Assembly: GCF_011386835.1 (NCBI RefSeq)
Contig: NC_088795.1
Coordinates: 25,854,001 to 25,918,000, forward strand
Direction of reading: 5' to 3'
DNA: 64,000 bases
Source: Chrysemys picta bellii
Lineage: Eukaryota
The position numbers and the translations under genes were made by a program. Positions 12,494 to 24,808 of this stretch are shown here, piece by piece (the stretch's first letter is position 1; each line of letters begins with the position of its first letter). Under the pieces are notes generated by a model, which did no database searches, was not told the origin of the DNA, and was given only the letters and a program-made list of their open reading frames with translations.

Positions 12494-12889
12494 ATTATAA
12501 CATCCTTTTTATACATCTCAGGTTTTTAGACAGGGCATGAAAAAGAAACACAATGAAGCAGCCATTATTATGTACGATTTGTTAACTCAAATTACAAGAA
12601 ACATTTATGATGTCCTGTCATATTTTGGTGTGTGCCACTGAACTATGTCAATGGCTTCAGTCTGTAACTTGTCTAATTTAAATGGAAAGGTCCTGTTAAT
12701 TCTCATCTGGATTATGGCTGAACAGGAGCTAGAGTTCACATTGCTTGCCTTTACAAAATTTAAATAAATACAAAACGGAGTAGTTATTGGGAGGTGGGGG
12801 GAGGAAGGAAAGAGGCACTAATGAGAAGGGAGTCTGTGGGTAAAAGGGCAAGGGGCTCTGGTATGGTGCGTGCAGAGGGGAGAGGGCTC

Positions 12890-13055
12890 TGGTACGTGTG
12901 TGTACAGAAAAAGGGAAGGTGGCTCAGAGGGGAAGATCATGTGTGCGCGTGCGTACAGGTTGTGTGTTGTGTAAAAAGGGAAGGAACTCAGGGAGAAGGG
13001 GCATGTGTGTGTGTGCGGTGTGTGTAAAAAAGGGAAGAGAGCTCAGGGGGGAAGG

Positions 13056-13087
<32 letters not shown>

Positions 13088-13110
13088 GGGAAGGGAGCTC
13101 GGGGGGAAGG
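12890..13110. repeat. Compound minisatellite: (TG)n + taaaaaagggaagg..ctcagggggaagg, 4 copies
   Basis: Four diverged units, each with a TG tract of different length. Confidence 0.85.
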
Positions 13111-13559
13111 GTAGGGAGGCAGAGGAGTGATGGCTGGAAGTGGGGGCTTCTGCTCCAGGAGGCCTCTTGCTCCTCAGCAGCTCTGCCCCCTCCTACCAAT
13201 CAATGCCCCTACATGCTGGGCAAATTTCATAGGGGCTCACCCGGCTGTGAGAAATCTCAAATTGCAGCCAGCTGGCTGCTCTGCTGCTGAAGAGCCAGGC
13301 AGCTCTCTGTAGTCCTGAAGCCAGGCTTTCATCCACAGGCCCCAATCAATCACCCTCATCCCCACCTTCCCTGTGGGGACAAGAGGAAATTCCCCATGTG
13401 CCTCCATCTCCCAGCCCTGCAGGGGCCAGACTGCAACTTCTGTAGGGCAGGAAGGGCAGGTAGCTGCCTGGGTAGGGGCCCTTTCCTCTCAGGGCTGAAG
13501 TTGCAGGCTTTGTAGCCACTCTGAACTTGCCCTGTGTATGAGCATCTTTTTGGACAAGA

Positions 13560-13780
13560 AGAACAGGAGTACTTGTGGCACCTTAGAGACTAACAAATTT
13601 ATTAGAGCATAAGCTTTCGTGGACTACAGCCCACTTCTTCTATATGCATCCGAAGAAGTGGGCTGTAGTCCACGAAAGCTTATGCTCTAATAAATTTGTT
13701 AGTCTCTAAGGTGCCACAAGTACTCCTGTTCTTCTTTTTGCGGATACAGACTAACACGGCTGTTACTCTGAAACCTGTCA
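13560..13780. mobile_element. Palindromic mini-PLE (two inverted 3' ends), same subfamily as the 61.7-kb element
   Basis: Perfect 85-bp arms 13556-13640 / 13652-13736 with 11-nt loop, then tail gcggatacagactaacacggctgttactctgaaacc; flanking direct repeat tttttggacaaga (13547-13559, 13781-13793). Confidence 0.9.
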
Positions 13781-14149
13781 TTTTTGGACAAGAGGAGCTC
13801 TGGTGGCACAATACGGAACTTCATGAATTCGCCTCAGTAGCTTGAGCTGTGTGACTCAGGGCAATCTGGAGGCTAGGCCAATTAGAAAGCCAGCCAGCTG
13901 TGCACCAGATGAGAAGGCAGCACCCATCTGCACAGCCACACTGCACAACACACTACTAAAGAAAATTACTTTGTTGGCATGGTCAGCGAGTGCTACTCAT
14001 CATTACAGCTGAAAGCAGGCGTTTTTTGTAGTGGGTATTACAAAGAACAACAAAGGTATTTACTTCAGGACAATTGGAAGAGAGAAAAAATAAATGTGCG
14101 AAACCTTGAGAGAGTAAATCACTTGCTGTAATTGCATAAACAAAGCCGG

Positions 14150-14321
14150 AACAAAAAGTCAAATTGGTAAGGGACTAATTAGCAGTAAAATATTAGCGGT
14201 TTGAATTAAAAAACTTTGTGCGGCGCTGGCTATATTATATACTTCCCTGTCACAACGTTTTTCAATTCAAACCGCTAATATTTTACTGCTACTTAGTCAT
14301 TTACCAGTTTGACTTTTTGTT
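14150..14321. repeat. 71-bp ungapped inverted repeat with 30-nt loop
   Basis: Arms 14150-14220 and 14251-14321, 65/71 complementary; no TSD recognised. Confidence 0.9.
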
Positions 14322-14420
14322 TTCTGCGTACTCATTGGATTTTGTTTTAAATCTTCCATGTGTGTGCATTTGTTTACTTTCTTTTGAGTTGGTCTTTATT
14401 TTATTTGTCACAGTTCTTAC

Positions 14421-14516
14421 CTTGCCTGAAATCTGGCTCAGAAGAAGTAATCGATGGACTTTCACTGGAGGTACTATAGACATCACTGTAGTAAGATTTG
14501 TACCTTCTCAAAGGTT
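14421..14516 (-). CDS. PTPN13: PTPN13 coding exon, (E)PLRRYKSYYSDVYSTSSESPSITSSEPDFRQ
   Basis: caacttttag|AA CCT TTG AGA...AGG CAA G|gtaaga; 96 nt, phase 1-1; matches recalled human EPVRRYKTYHGDVFSTSSESPSIISSESDFRQ. Confidence 0.94.
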
Positions 14517-15599
14517 CTAAAAGTTGAAAGCAAAGTGTTAGGAAAGCAACGGAGCAAAAATTCTTAGGCAAAATCAAATGTGAATAAGTATTTAAACGAC
14601 CCCCTCAGGACATCTAAACATTTCTGTGGCCACAGTTTTAAAACCTAAGAACAGTCACCGCATATTGTGCTGTCCCATCCTGCCTGAATATGCTCCTTGA
14701 TCCTGCACACTATTCAGTCCCCCTTCCCTCCTTCTAATCTCTCAGCAGATCCCCTCTTTCCAAACTCTCTTCTACAATGACTCTCACATTGAACTTATCA
14801 TTGTTAGTTCAATTAAAACCAAAGCTAGACAGTATTGAGTACAATGGGGCCTTTCTGGGGGGAAGGGGACTCTTAGACATTTCCATAATAAAAATAAAAT
14901 AATATGTATTAAAATATTATTGTGGCAGAGTGGGATATGATGGTATGTACTGTATTTTATATGACGTGTGGAAATACTGGCACTGAGGTTTCCCTAGTCT
15001 GGTCGTGTACTGCATCCCAGACAGCTGCCCTGTGCCTGAGACAGGATTTTTTTTTTTACATCATGTTGAAGGACCATCATGGAGCAATCTGGGGTTATCT
15101 CTTTGAATGAGCCAACTACTGGCCCACCCCCATGACATAATGGTCCTTCAACATGAAAGCCCACCAGGGACAGGAAGGAAAAGCATGACTGGTGGATCAG
15201 GAGCGTCTCAGTTTGAGCACATGACACAGAAAAGGGTGGTATTTCACAGCAGGGTCTGCTCTGTGCAGGGGGCCGACCACCATGACACACAGGAGAGAGG
15301 GCAGGAGGGATGCTGCCCGGCCTGAAACACAGAAAAACTTCAGACTCATAAACAAGGTGAGCTCAGACTAGAAGAGGGTGTCTCTCAGGACTTTGTCAGT
15401 TTCAATTATCTGTAACTCTGCAGTGCTTTAAGAGTAAAGTCAGTGAAATTAAGAAATTCTCTCACTAAGCCTGTGGTCTTTGCTTTCCCGCTACACACCT
15501 TGTCTCTGAAGAGGTTAAATGAGTAAGTCCAGAGTGCCCACTGCCCAAGCAGGATGGAGGGAGCATATGGAAGCAACTGGTGGGGCTCAGGAGGTCTCA

Positions 15600-15892
15600 G
15601 GGCTTGTCTATACCACAAATGCTACAGCAGCATAGCTGTCGCGATGTAGCTATGCCAGTGTAATGCTGTCGTGTAGACACTTGCGACAGCAATGGAAGGG
15701 TTTTTTCCATTGTTGCAGTTAATCCACCCCTTCAAAAGGCAGTAGGTAGGTTGATGGAAGAATTCTTCTGGCGACCTAGTACTGACTACACCGGCACTTA
15801 GGTTGGCTCACTTACATCTCTCAGGGTGTGAATTTTTCACACCCCTGAGCAATGTAGTGAGGTTGACCTCAGTTTTAGCTATAGACCAGGCC
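15600..15892. mobile_element. Harbinger-type MITE
   Basis: Ends gggcttgtctatac / ctatagaccaggcc; TCA on both flanks. Confidence 0.7.
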
Positions 15893-18145
15893 TCAGACGC
15901 AGCTGACTGCATTTCTAAGACAGTGGCATCCCATGGCCAAAGGAAGGGCTTTAGAGACCCAGATCTAGAAAGAGTTGGGTCCAGGCGCAACGGACTGTTG
16001 ACCACCTGGTGGGTAACTGGGCCAGTTTGTAACAATTATATTAATTTACTGTGTGTCAATTATTAAAAATAATAACAAATACATAATATAATAATAAAAA
16101 ATAAAAGAGCCCACCAGGCATATTCTTGCAATACAGTCTTCATCCTATTTTATGTAAATCTACCTCCCTTATGTTCCACCCTCAAGCTTGATGTCATCTC
16201 TTTCTGCATCACGTCACGTAATATCTAACCAATTCTAAAATCCTCAGTGCAAGAGCCATACCCTAATTTTCCTCTGTAAAGTGCAATGAACACTTACAGT
16301 GCTATTTTAGAAGCAATGTGAACAGCAACACAAACACTGAGCCTTCTGAATTCAGACTACTAAGTTTTTTATTAATACGAATACAAAATAATATTTAAAT
16401 GAAGTGAATTTGTGTGTAGAACCACAATTTTGTAAAGCAGCACAGACTTACATCCTTTCATTTTATTCAGTGCCAAACATAGTGGTACTGTACCAAAAGT
16501 AATAAAGCTGGCAGATGTTAGTTATCTCATGGGGATAGTTCAGGATGTGTGTTTGATTTTTACTTTAGGCTTTAGAATTTGTTAATTTCCATTAAACATA
16601 GAATTTTAATAAATCCCTCAGATTAGGAGCAGCTCATTATTTTATTTAATAAGCAATATAACATTAATGTTACATCTATATAGTATTATTTTCCCTGCAA
16701 TGTAGTAATCTCATGCTATTTCTTGTTTTCCTTCAACAGTGTTCAGAATAAGATTACTTTCTTTAGCATAAACCATGACTCATCTAAACTTACATCTCTC
16801 ATCTTTGTCTCACTCTCACATTGAAGTGTGCTCCAGCAAAGCTCAAATAGTTTCTCTGATTGAAAGTTAAATAAATAAAATCTTCCTAGTTCAATTGGCT
16901 TGGCATAAGGGATGTGGGGAGGGTGATATGAAGAACTAAGAAGAGTATTCAATTAATACTGGTTCAGACTGATTTAAACGTATACATCAGGCTTAAAGAA
17001 AAGATTCTACTTCCTTAGCCCAAATGTCAAAAATTTACTTTTTCCTCAAAAAAGTTAACTACCCTCAATTTAATACGAACTCCTTAAAGAGAGACAGTGC
17101 ACAAGTCTTTTTAGTCTTTTTTCAAAAGGACAGAGCAACTCAGTTTATCCCAGCTGGTTGCCTGAATATAAAAAAATAATGAGTTTAACAAGAGTTCTGT
17201 ATATTACAATCAGTAACATTTAGCTATTTCACACATAGTAATCAATTATAGCAACACTCGTAACTCATGTTAAGCAACGGATACGAAGACAGAAAATTAC
17301 AGAATTTTCTGCCTCAATAGTTTGCAAGGAGTGGATCTAGTGTTTCCGATACAGTAACTGTTATACATAGTCCTGCAGCATTATAAGATTCAAAGGGACA
17401 CTGTGTCAGGTAGTGTTGACCCAATATGTTGACTGTGTTTTAAAAACAAACTTCACTAAATGCTAACATACCAATATACCAGTTAGGAAGGCTTTCCTGC
17501 AATTGAGAACAACAACTACAATAATAATAAATCTGTGAAAATATTTCTTATTTGTATATACAACATTCTCATCAGTATTTGCTACCTAAGCACTGCTGCA
17601 TTGAATGCATGAGAACCAGAAAGGGAAAGAGACTAGTTTGCAAGGTAAATTAAATGTAAGAAATACAAAATGCCATGAATAGAGAAAAGAAAGATTCTGC
17701 AAGTTGTTTGTGCAGGCAGATTTTGTCTTGGGTTTGTAACAAGTCCACTTGTCTATGCTTCAAGCAAGACTTCAGTCTGATGAGGCTGGCAGAGCTACTG
17801 TACCAAAAAACTGGTACCAAAACACTGAACTGCAAACCACTGCCCCTCTTATCAGTAGCTTGTTCATTATAGATTTTCAAGTGTGTTAAGCTGACTCCAG
17901 GGAGGAAAATTAAAAGATTTTAATAGTCCATCTAATCAATAATCTGGGTTTCCCAAACTGAGAACTGTGGCTAGGAGGAGTATAAAAAGGAGTTATTGGG
18001 GGTGAGGAAAGAGTGTCACAGGGAATATACAAATTTGCAAAAAAATAATTTTCAAAGGATAAAAACCAGATATGCAAGGTAAGACTTGCAGTGGTGTTTT
18101 CCTTTAAGGGACAGCAGGATGTAGGGCTTTACTGCTGATTTAGCC

Positions 18146-18872
18146 TGTTAGAAGGAGTTAAAACTCAGCAGCAAACTAGTGGGCACACTCATCAGCCACA
18201 GAAGACAGAATAAGGCTCCAACCACCATTCGGTCTAGGTCTCTTTCTTCAAGGCTGGTTTTATTAACAAAATATGCAAAAAGCTCAAAATAATGCCAGCA
18301 CTGGGTGAGAGGGGCCAGGCTGCCCCACCTTCCACCAGCTGGCAAGGGAAACTCTTTCCCCACAGGCCACAGCCCCTGGTGCATGGGGAGCCCGCCAGGG
18401 CTGGGGAGGGTCACGTTACGGCAGGATGGGGAGTAGCTGGAGAGTGCTGCTCTTTGGCTATACCCAGCTGGCGTATGGTCCCTGGATTCAGGGCAGGGAA
18501 TCAGAACTGTCCGCGGTTAGTTCTCAGCTTCATTTCCCCCTCTGCTGGGTTGTCCTGAGGGGCTTTGTGCTGGGAGGGATCCCACCTTTCCTGGGGACTC
18601 CCCTAGGCTCAGGTAAAGCCAGTTGGGCTCCTATCCTGTTCTCCATGGGGCTCCTATAGCCAGAATTACTCTCCCATTCCTCCCTCTGCAACCTAGCATG
18701 CAGGCAGACCAGCAGTGAGGAAGCTGTTAAGCAGTTGCAGAAGAGAGGAACAGCAGCTTCTCCCAGCGCTGCCAGCTCACACCAGAGCTGTTCCTGGCCT
18801 GGGGCAGTAGGTGAAGCAGTGATGGGAAGCCACTGAGGAGGCTGCACCCCTTGTCACCTCCCTATGGTGACA
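18146..18872. mobile_element. GC-rich interspersed repeat, LTR-like or TIR-bounded
   Basis: Compositional block with ends tgtta...tgaca; short inverted match agcctgt(t/c)a at both ends; minus-strand AATAAA near 18260; class uncertain. Confidence 0.3.
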
Positions 18873-19117
18873 GGCTGATCCAGATGCTTCAGTCTGAGGC
18901 ATCCTCAGGGGTCATAGACTGGACACCTCTAGATTGTAAATTTGCTTCCGCTATAGTATAATAATAATATAGTGCATCCAGTATACAGTAATACTGGGCA
19001 AAATCATGAAGTCCTTTTCTCAAGTCCTTACTCAGGCAAAATTCCCATTGACTTCAATGAACCACATTTGGATTTAACTTGGGAGTGGAATGGGAGTTTT
19101 GCCTGAATAAGTAAAAA

Positions 19118-19378
19118 CCAGAGTTTCACAACTCTCACAATATTCAAGTCTCAGCTCCTGGCATCATCTGATTGATTATGTGAGAATCTTAGCTTTCATT
19201 TTAAAAATGAAAGCAAGTTTCAAAGGACTGTACTCCACAAACCACTCAGGCTAGAAAGTCTTCACACCATGTCCCTCTGAAAGGCTCAAAACCAGAAAGA
19301 ACCCAAAGTTTATTATTTTTGAAAATATCATGATTTGGGGGGGGGGGTCCAACTTGTGAGTTTTGAATGCCTGGAGTT
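19118..19378 (+). mobile_element. Old non-autonomous DNA element (copy 1 of a family also at 22.5 kb)
   Basis: Shares ctctcacaa, cagctcctgg..tcat.tgat, gagaatct.agctt, aaaggct..aa.ccagaa, atc.catgattt with the reverse complement of 22505-22750. Confidence 0.5.
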
Positions 19379-22300
19379 ACAATGTTGAAATACTGAACAG
19401 AGACTTCTGGATTAAGCCCACTCTGCAGTAATATTCACATGTTACAGTATAATGGGTAGTGTAATGATTTGTGTTTCTTGTATAAATGAGTGCAATATTG
19501 TAATGTTTAGATTTCAGTGTTGTAACTAGGGTGGAGTCTCCTAATAACCATAATGTCTCAATCATTTAACATCTTAGTAGATCCACCTTGAATTAAAATG
19601 TCTTATAAACAGACCCGGTGAGCTGTTAATGAAACTGTAAGTTACAATGAGGAGCAGCCACAATCCAGCAGTGAACAAAATAGTATGGCTTGCAAACCAG
19701 TGCTCATGCTGATCTGTATTTGGTTTGTACTTTTTCAAGCTGCCTGTCAAAATCAGCAAAGCACAACCTTACAGGCACTTAACACTAATACGACACATCA
19801 TTTACCCAAGGCAAGATATGCAAGCCCAGACAAGTAACATACAGAAAGGCTCATCCCAGCCAACTGCACAACAGAAATTAAAGACCCACATTTAGCCTGG
19901 AATTTTGTCATCCTGAACACATGACTCAAATTACAGAGATACAGGTTTTTAAATGCAGTATTACACAAATTACTGGCTTTACAAAGGATAGAGAGAAAGA
20001 GGAAGAGAGTGAGAGATGGGGGAGTTAAACAAGTATTGCCGAGGGAAAAAAACTTTTTTTAAAGAAAGATAGCTAAACCATTTCAAAAGACTATTATTTA
20101 ATAGGAAAAAATTTAATACGTAGTGAGTTCTGCCCATTTTTCCCTTTAAAGGGACACAGCCAACTTAAATATGGCCCAAATTAAAATTGTGTAAAAAACC
20201 CAAGCTTTTATAAAACTTAAGGCCATTAGAAAGATTTACATAATTTTTTTAAAAAAATATTTCAATGAAAGCATCCCATTGCAGTGTTTGAAACCCAAAT
20301 ATTGAAAGTGAAATCGGGCTATAAAGAAAAGCAAAATCAACTTCCCTGAATTTTCACTGTTCAAATCAACAAAAATGCAAAAAATTAACCAGAGAACATA
20401 GAGTGACAAATAAGTCAAATTTTAAAGATTTTTACTCTTTAAATTATTGAAAGGGTTATTAAGAAATAAATATGTTAATTTAAAATAGATAAAGCCCAAT
20501 TCTGTTCCCACTGAAACTAACAGCAAAACTTCCAGAAACTTTAAAGGTGCAAGATATTTAAGACACGTGTTTCCTTTAAAAAACTGACAAAATACCTGTC
20601 ACTTCTTTTCTGTTGCAACCATGAAGTTGTCGAAATAATTCTACACTTATGTTAGCACACATTATTACGAAGGAAATGCCGGAGCTGGCCCTTGTGCCCA
20701 GCCACACAGATATGATTCAGAAATCCTATGATTTAAAATTATCGTCTTTTTTTCCCTCTGTGAGAAGCCAATTTACAAAATCTTCGTGGAATTCTTTATG
20801 TAAGTGAATGAAACATTATCTCCAACATATAAAATCATTTTATTTTTCCACTCTTCAGCCACTAAGATATAATTTTTAAACACTGGTCTAACACAAAATT
20901 CAACCCTCTCCATACTGGACATACCAATCGTGACAATCCATTTGACCAGCACTAACTTTTTTAAACCATTCTTATGCATGAGGATTACACGTGTAGTTGT
21001 GAGATGTCTGAACAGGGCCTTTTTTGCTGTTACACGCAAACAATATGTTACATTTCTCATTTATAGCAAACTCTCAGATCTCCTGCTAACTAAATCTATG
21101 TACAATAGAGTAAGTAACTAAAGGATTGGAAGACAAAATATGTATTTCATTGCCTTTGTAAGATTAGTTCATAAAAGGATCCAACTGTTTAGTCTATAGC
21201 TGAATGGTGTTGACATTTTTGTGGGGAACCTCCCAGCCAATTCATGAACATTTTTATTCCAACCCCAGCCACCTTTCTGACCAGCTCCAGATTAGACTAG
21301 AGGTCCCCACTGTGCAGTCTGTGGCACTCTGGTGGTCTACAGTGCACTTGCTGGTTGTCTGCTGAGAGCTGTCTGGACACATGGGGCTTCTTCTTGTTTC
21401 AAGCTGCTACAGCACATTAAAAGACATCTTAAAGAGAGATTTAAAATGTTCCTAACATCACTCTTCCATTTCCTGTAGTTGCTACAGGGAAGTTATACAA
21501 ACACAGACTGGATAAATCAGGTGGGTCTTCAGAATCAGAAGTGGAGTGATATTGGTTTCTGAGATAGCTATACTGAAACTTTGTATTGAACTATGTAATT
21601 CAAGAATACCAGATTAAGGCCATTACAGTGGACAGTGTAACTACTTTGCACATTTTGAAAGAAAATAGAAACGCAAAGGTATATAAAATGGGGATGGGCC
21701 CAGAAACAAAACCTGAGATTCAACCTCTCTTCCACAAAAAAAATGGGGAAAGGGTTCATTATCTGAATGGGAATCTGAATTTTGCAGATCACACCCACCT
21801 GTAAAACCCATCTTTAAAAATTAGCAATGATGCAAGTACTATTTCTCATTAATATCCTCACTCCGCATGGGAATGATTGACATATGTGACAAAACCCTTC
21901 CTTCAACTTTCACATTGTGTGTTTCAACTTCTGCATCACCCCACTCAACACTGCACCTAAAACTGCAACTCTCAAGGGCAAGCTGATAAAAAGATTCTAA
22001 TGCGATGAGTCTATTTCATTAACAAGGTGCGGTTCATGCTCCTGCATGAAAACATTTCAGTTGCACAACTCATCAGCTCAGGTATTTAATCAGCCATGCT
22101 CACAGGTAAGAGGACTGTAGCATCAATGGTGCAGTTTCACAGAATACTTAGCCTGGATTCTTGTTTTCATTGCAAATGCCAAAAGTTCAAAAGCTCAGCG
22201 AAAGTAATAAGAGTAAAATATCTTGATATTAGGTACAAATGAGAAACTAGTAATTCTGGTGTGAAATAGGTTCACTTAAGTACTCCTTATTTACTTAACC

Positions 22301-22504
22301 ACACTAAAGGAAACCAGTTTTATCCAGTTCTCCTCCCAACAGTGAGGAGTAGAGCCAAAGAAGTGTGGATTTGTCCTTTGGCTTTTTGGAGACAGAGTGC
22401 TGCTCCAATTGCGCTGCTATTTTCTTACTATAGAAGCAGAGCACAGCAGAAGCAAACCCACCTGTACGCAGTATTGCTAATTTCAAATAATAAACAAATT
22501 TGAG

Positions 22505-22750
22505 TTGGGCCACAAAAATCATGAGATTTTAAAAACTCTGGATTCTTCTCATTTGCCTTCTGGGTTTCAAGCCTTTATGGGTCATGTTCTTCCAGCTCTT
22601 CTCTACAATCAGGATAGCTAGAAACTTTCATGTTATAAAAAGTAAGCTGAGATTCTTGTGCTATCACATGACTCCAGAAGCTGGGGCTTTAAGAAAAAAA
22701 ACCTGTGTCACAAGACTCACAAGAAAGTTGTGAGAGCTGGCAGTAGTCTG
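22505..22750 (-). mobile_element. Old non-autonomous DNA element (copy 2, inverted relative to 19118)
   Basis: Colinear similarity to 19118-19378 on the opposite strand. Confidence 0.5.
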
Positions 22751-24131
22751 TGTGAAAGCAGCCTAAGAGAGCTTCCAACACCATGGAAAATATCAGAGGG
22801 GCCACAGAAGTAGTTTACTAGTTAATGGGTGAAAGCCTAAGGTATCATAAAAAGTTTTGTTTTACTATGGTAGGTTGAGAGGGGGAAATGGTGGTGGAGC
22901 CAGGGAACAGACTGAAAATAAGGGAAAGGTGTAATGAAAGAGGGCAGAATGAATGACAGAGGGAAGGACAGAGAAGAGAACTGAGGAACTCAGTGAGAGG
23001 AGGAAGAGACAGAGACCGACTCCTAGCCATACAAAATGTTGTCAGTCACACTTAGTGGTTGTTTCAAGAAGACACTGAGAAGCACAAAGGGAGGGCCAGA
23101 TCAACTGGGATAAAGGTAGAAAAATTGAAAATAAAAGAGAGGGAAGAACTGAAGATGGCTGTTCGGATTCTTTAGCATTCAAATGCTTCCAGACTGCACA
23201 TTTAACAAAAACATCCATGGGATGTTTTCTTAACCTTCCTAGCCTCTCCATACCTGGATTCAGCAAGATCAACTTCTGCTATTCAGGATCCCTGCTCTCT
23301 GTCTTCCCTGCCTCCCCATTTCATCCACAGTATGCTACAACACCAGTGCTTATCTGTACTTCCCTACTTTTGTGCCACAAGATCTCTTCAGTGCATAAGC
23401 AAGGAGATTCCTGGCACCCCCTTGGTACTCCAGAATTTTGAAGACCACCATCACCCTACCGTCGATACTGCTGAGAGAGACATGCATATTAATCATAGCA
23501 ATAAAGCAATTAATTTTTTATCATGTTTATCCTTGAAAATGGGTAATTAAACACAAGCAAAAAGTCAACACATAAAAGGATGGGGGAGGGCACAAATAGA
23601 CTAACACTGAAACGTCACCAAACTGCAGCATGCTATACTGCCAGACGCAATCAGGGGCAGGCCTGGGATCTAAAAACCAAAGTCAGCTTTAGAGCTTTCA
23701 GAAGATACCATCAATTTCATGGTTAAGAAGGTGGTGAAAGTGAGGGGTGGAGAAGAACACACAATGCTAATCATGCTCTTTGAACAGCAAGCAGTGCTTG
23801 CAAAAAGTACAGGGTAAATGACATTTCCCACTCTGTATGAGGACGCTTGCCTGTAGGTGCCAAGCAACAATTGCTAAGTTTCCAGAGAACAACACAACTA
23901 ATCTATTCGCTTTGCAAAGAAGAATTTACTGCTCAGCTTCATAATGTATTATAACTTCACAACTGGAAATCCCAGGACAGCTCTGAGATCACAAAAAGAA
24001 AGGTACAAACTGTAACACACTAAAAGATGTCCTAACACTTGAGAAACAGCAGACATTCAAGGACAATGAATACGAACACTGCAAACATCTCCTTTCCACC
24101 TCCCCACTCTCTGCTAGCCTCTGTGCTGTCG

Positions 24132-24768
24132 AGGGGGACAAAAGTCTTGGGGAAGGAGAACATCAAGCTGGAGCAGAAACAATCCCATAGTTGGGACCCT
24201 CCTTCCAGATGATGTCACGGAATCCTCTCACACTAAGGATACCTCTCCGGGGAGAGGAGAGGACCCCTTTTATTAGGAAGAGATGGGTAACAGCAATGAG
24301 AGATATGATAACTAGAAATACAGGGTTTGTAATGACTGAGAGAACCACATGCTAAATTGCCTGCTAGGGGCAAAGATTGCGGACCTCTTGAGATATGTAG
24401 ACAGACTTACGTGCAGTGCTGCGGTTATGGTTCATGTAGGCACCAATGATACAGGGAAAGTTAGGGGATATATCCTGGAGGCCAAATTTAGGCGGCTACG
24501 TAAGAGATTGAAGTCCAGGACCTCTATGGTAGCATTCTCTGAAATGCTTCCAGTTCCACACGCAGGGCCAGTTAGACAGACAGAGCTGTAGGGTCTCAGT
24601 GAACAGATGAGATGATGGTTTTCAGAGGAAAGATTTAGGTTTATCAGGAACTGGGGACCCTTTGGGAAAGGAGAAGCCTATACAAGAAGGATGCGTTCCA
24701 CCAAAACCAAAATGGAACCAGATTGTTGGCATTTAAAGTTAAAAAGAGCCTCAAACTACATGTATATG

Positions 24769-24808
<40 letters not shown>

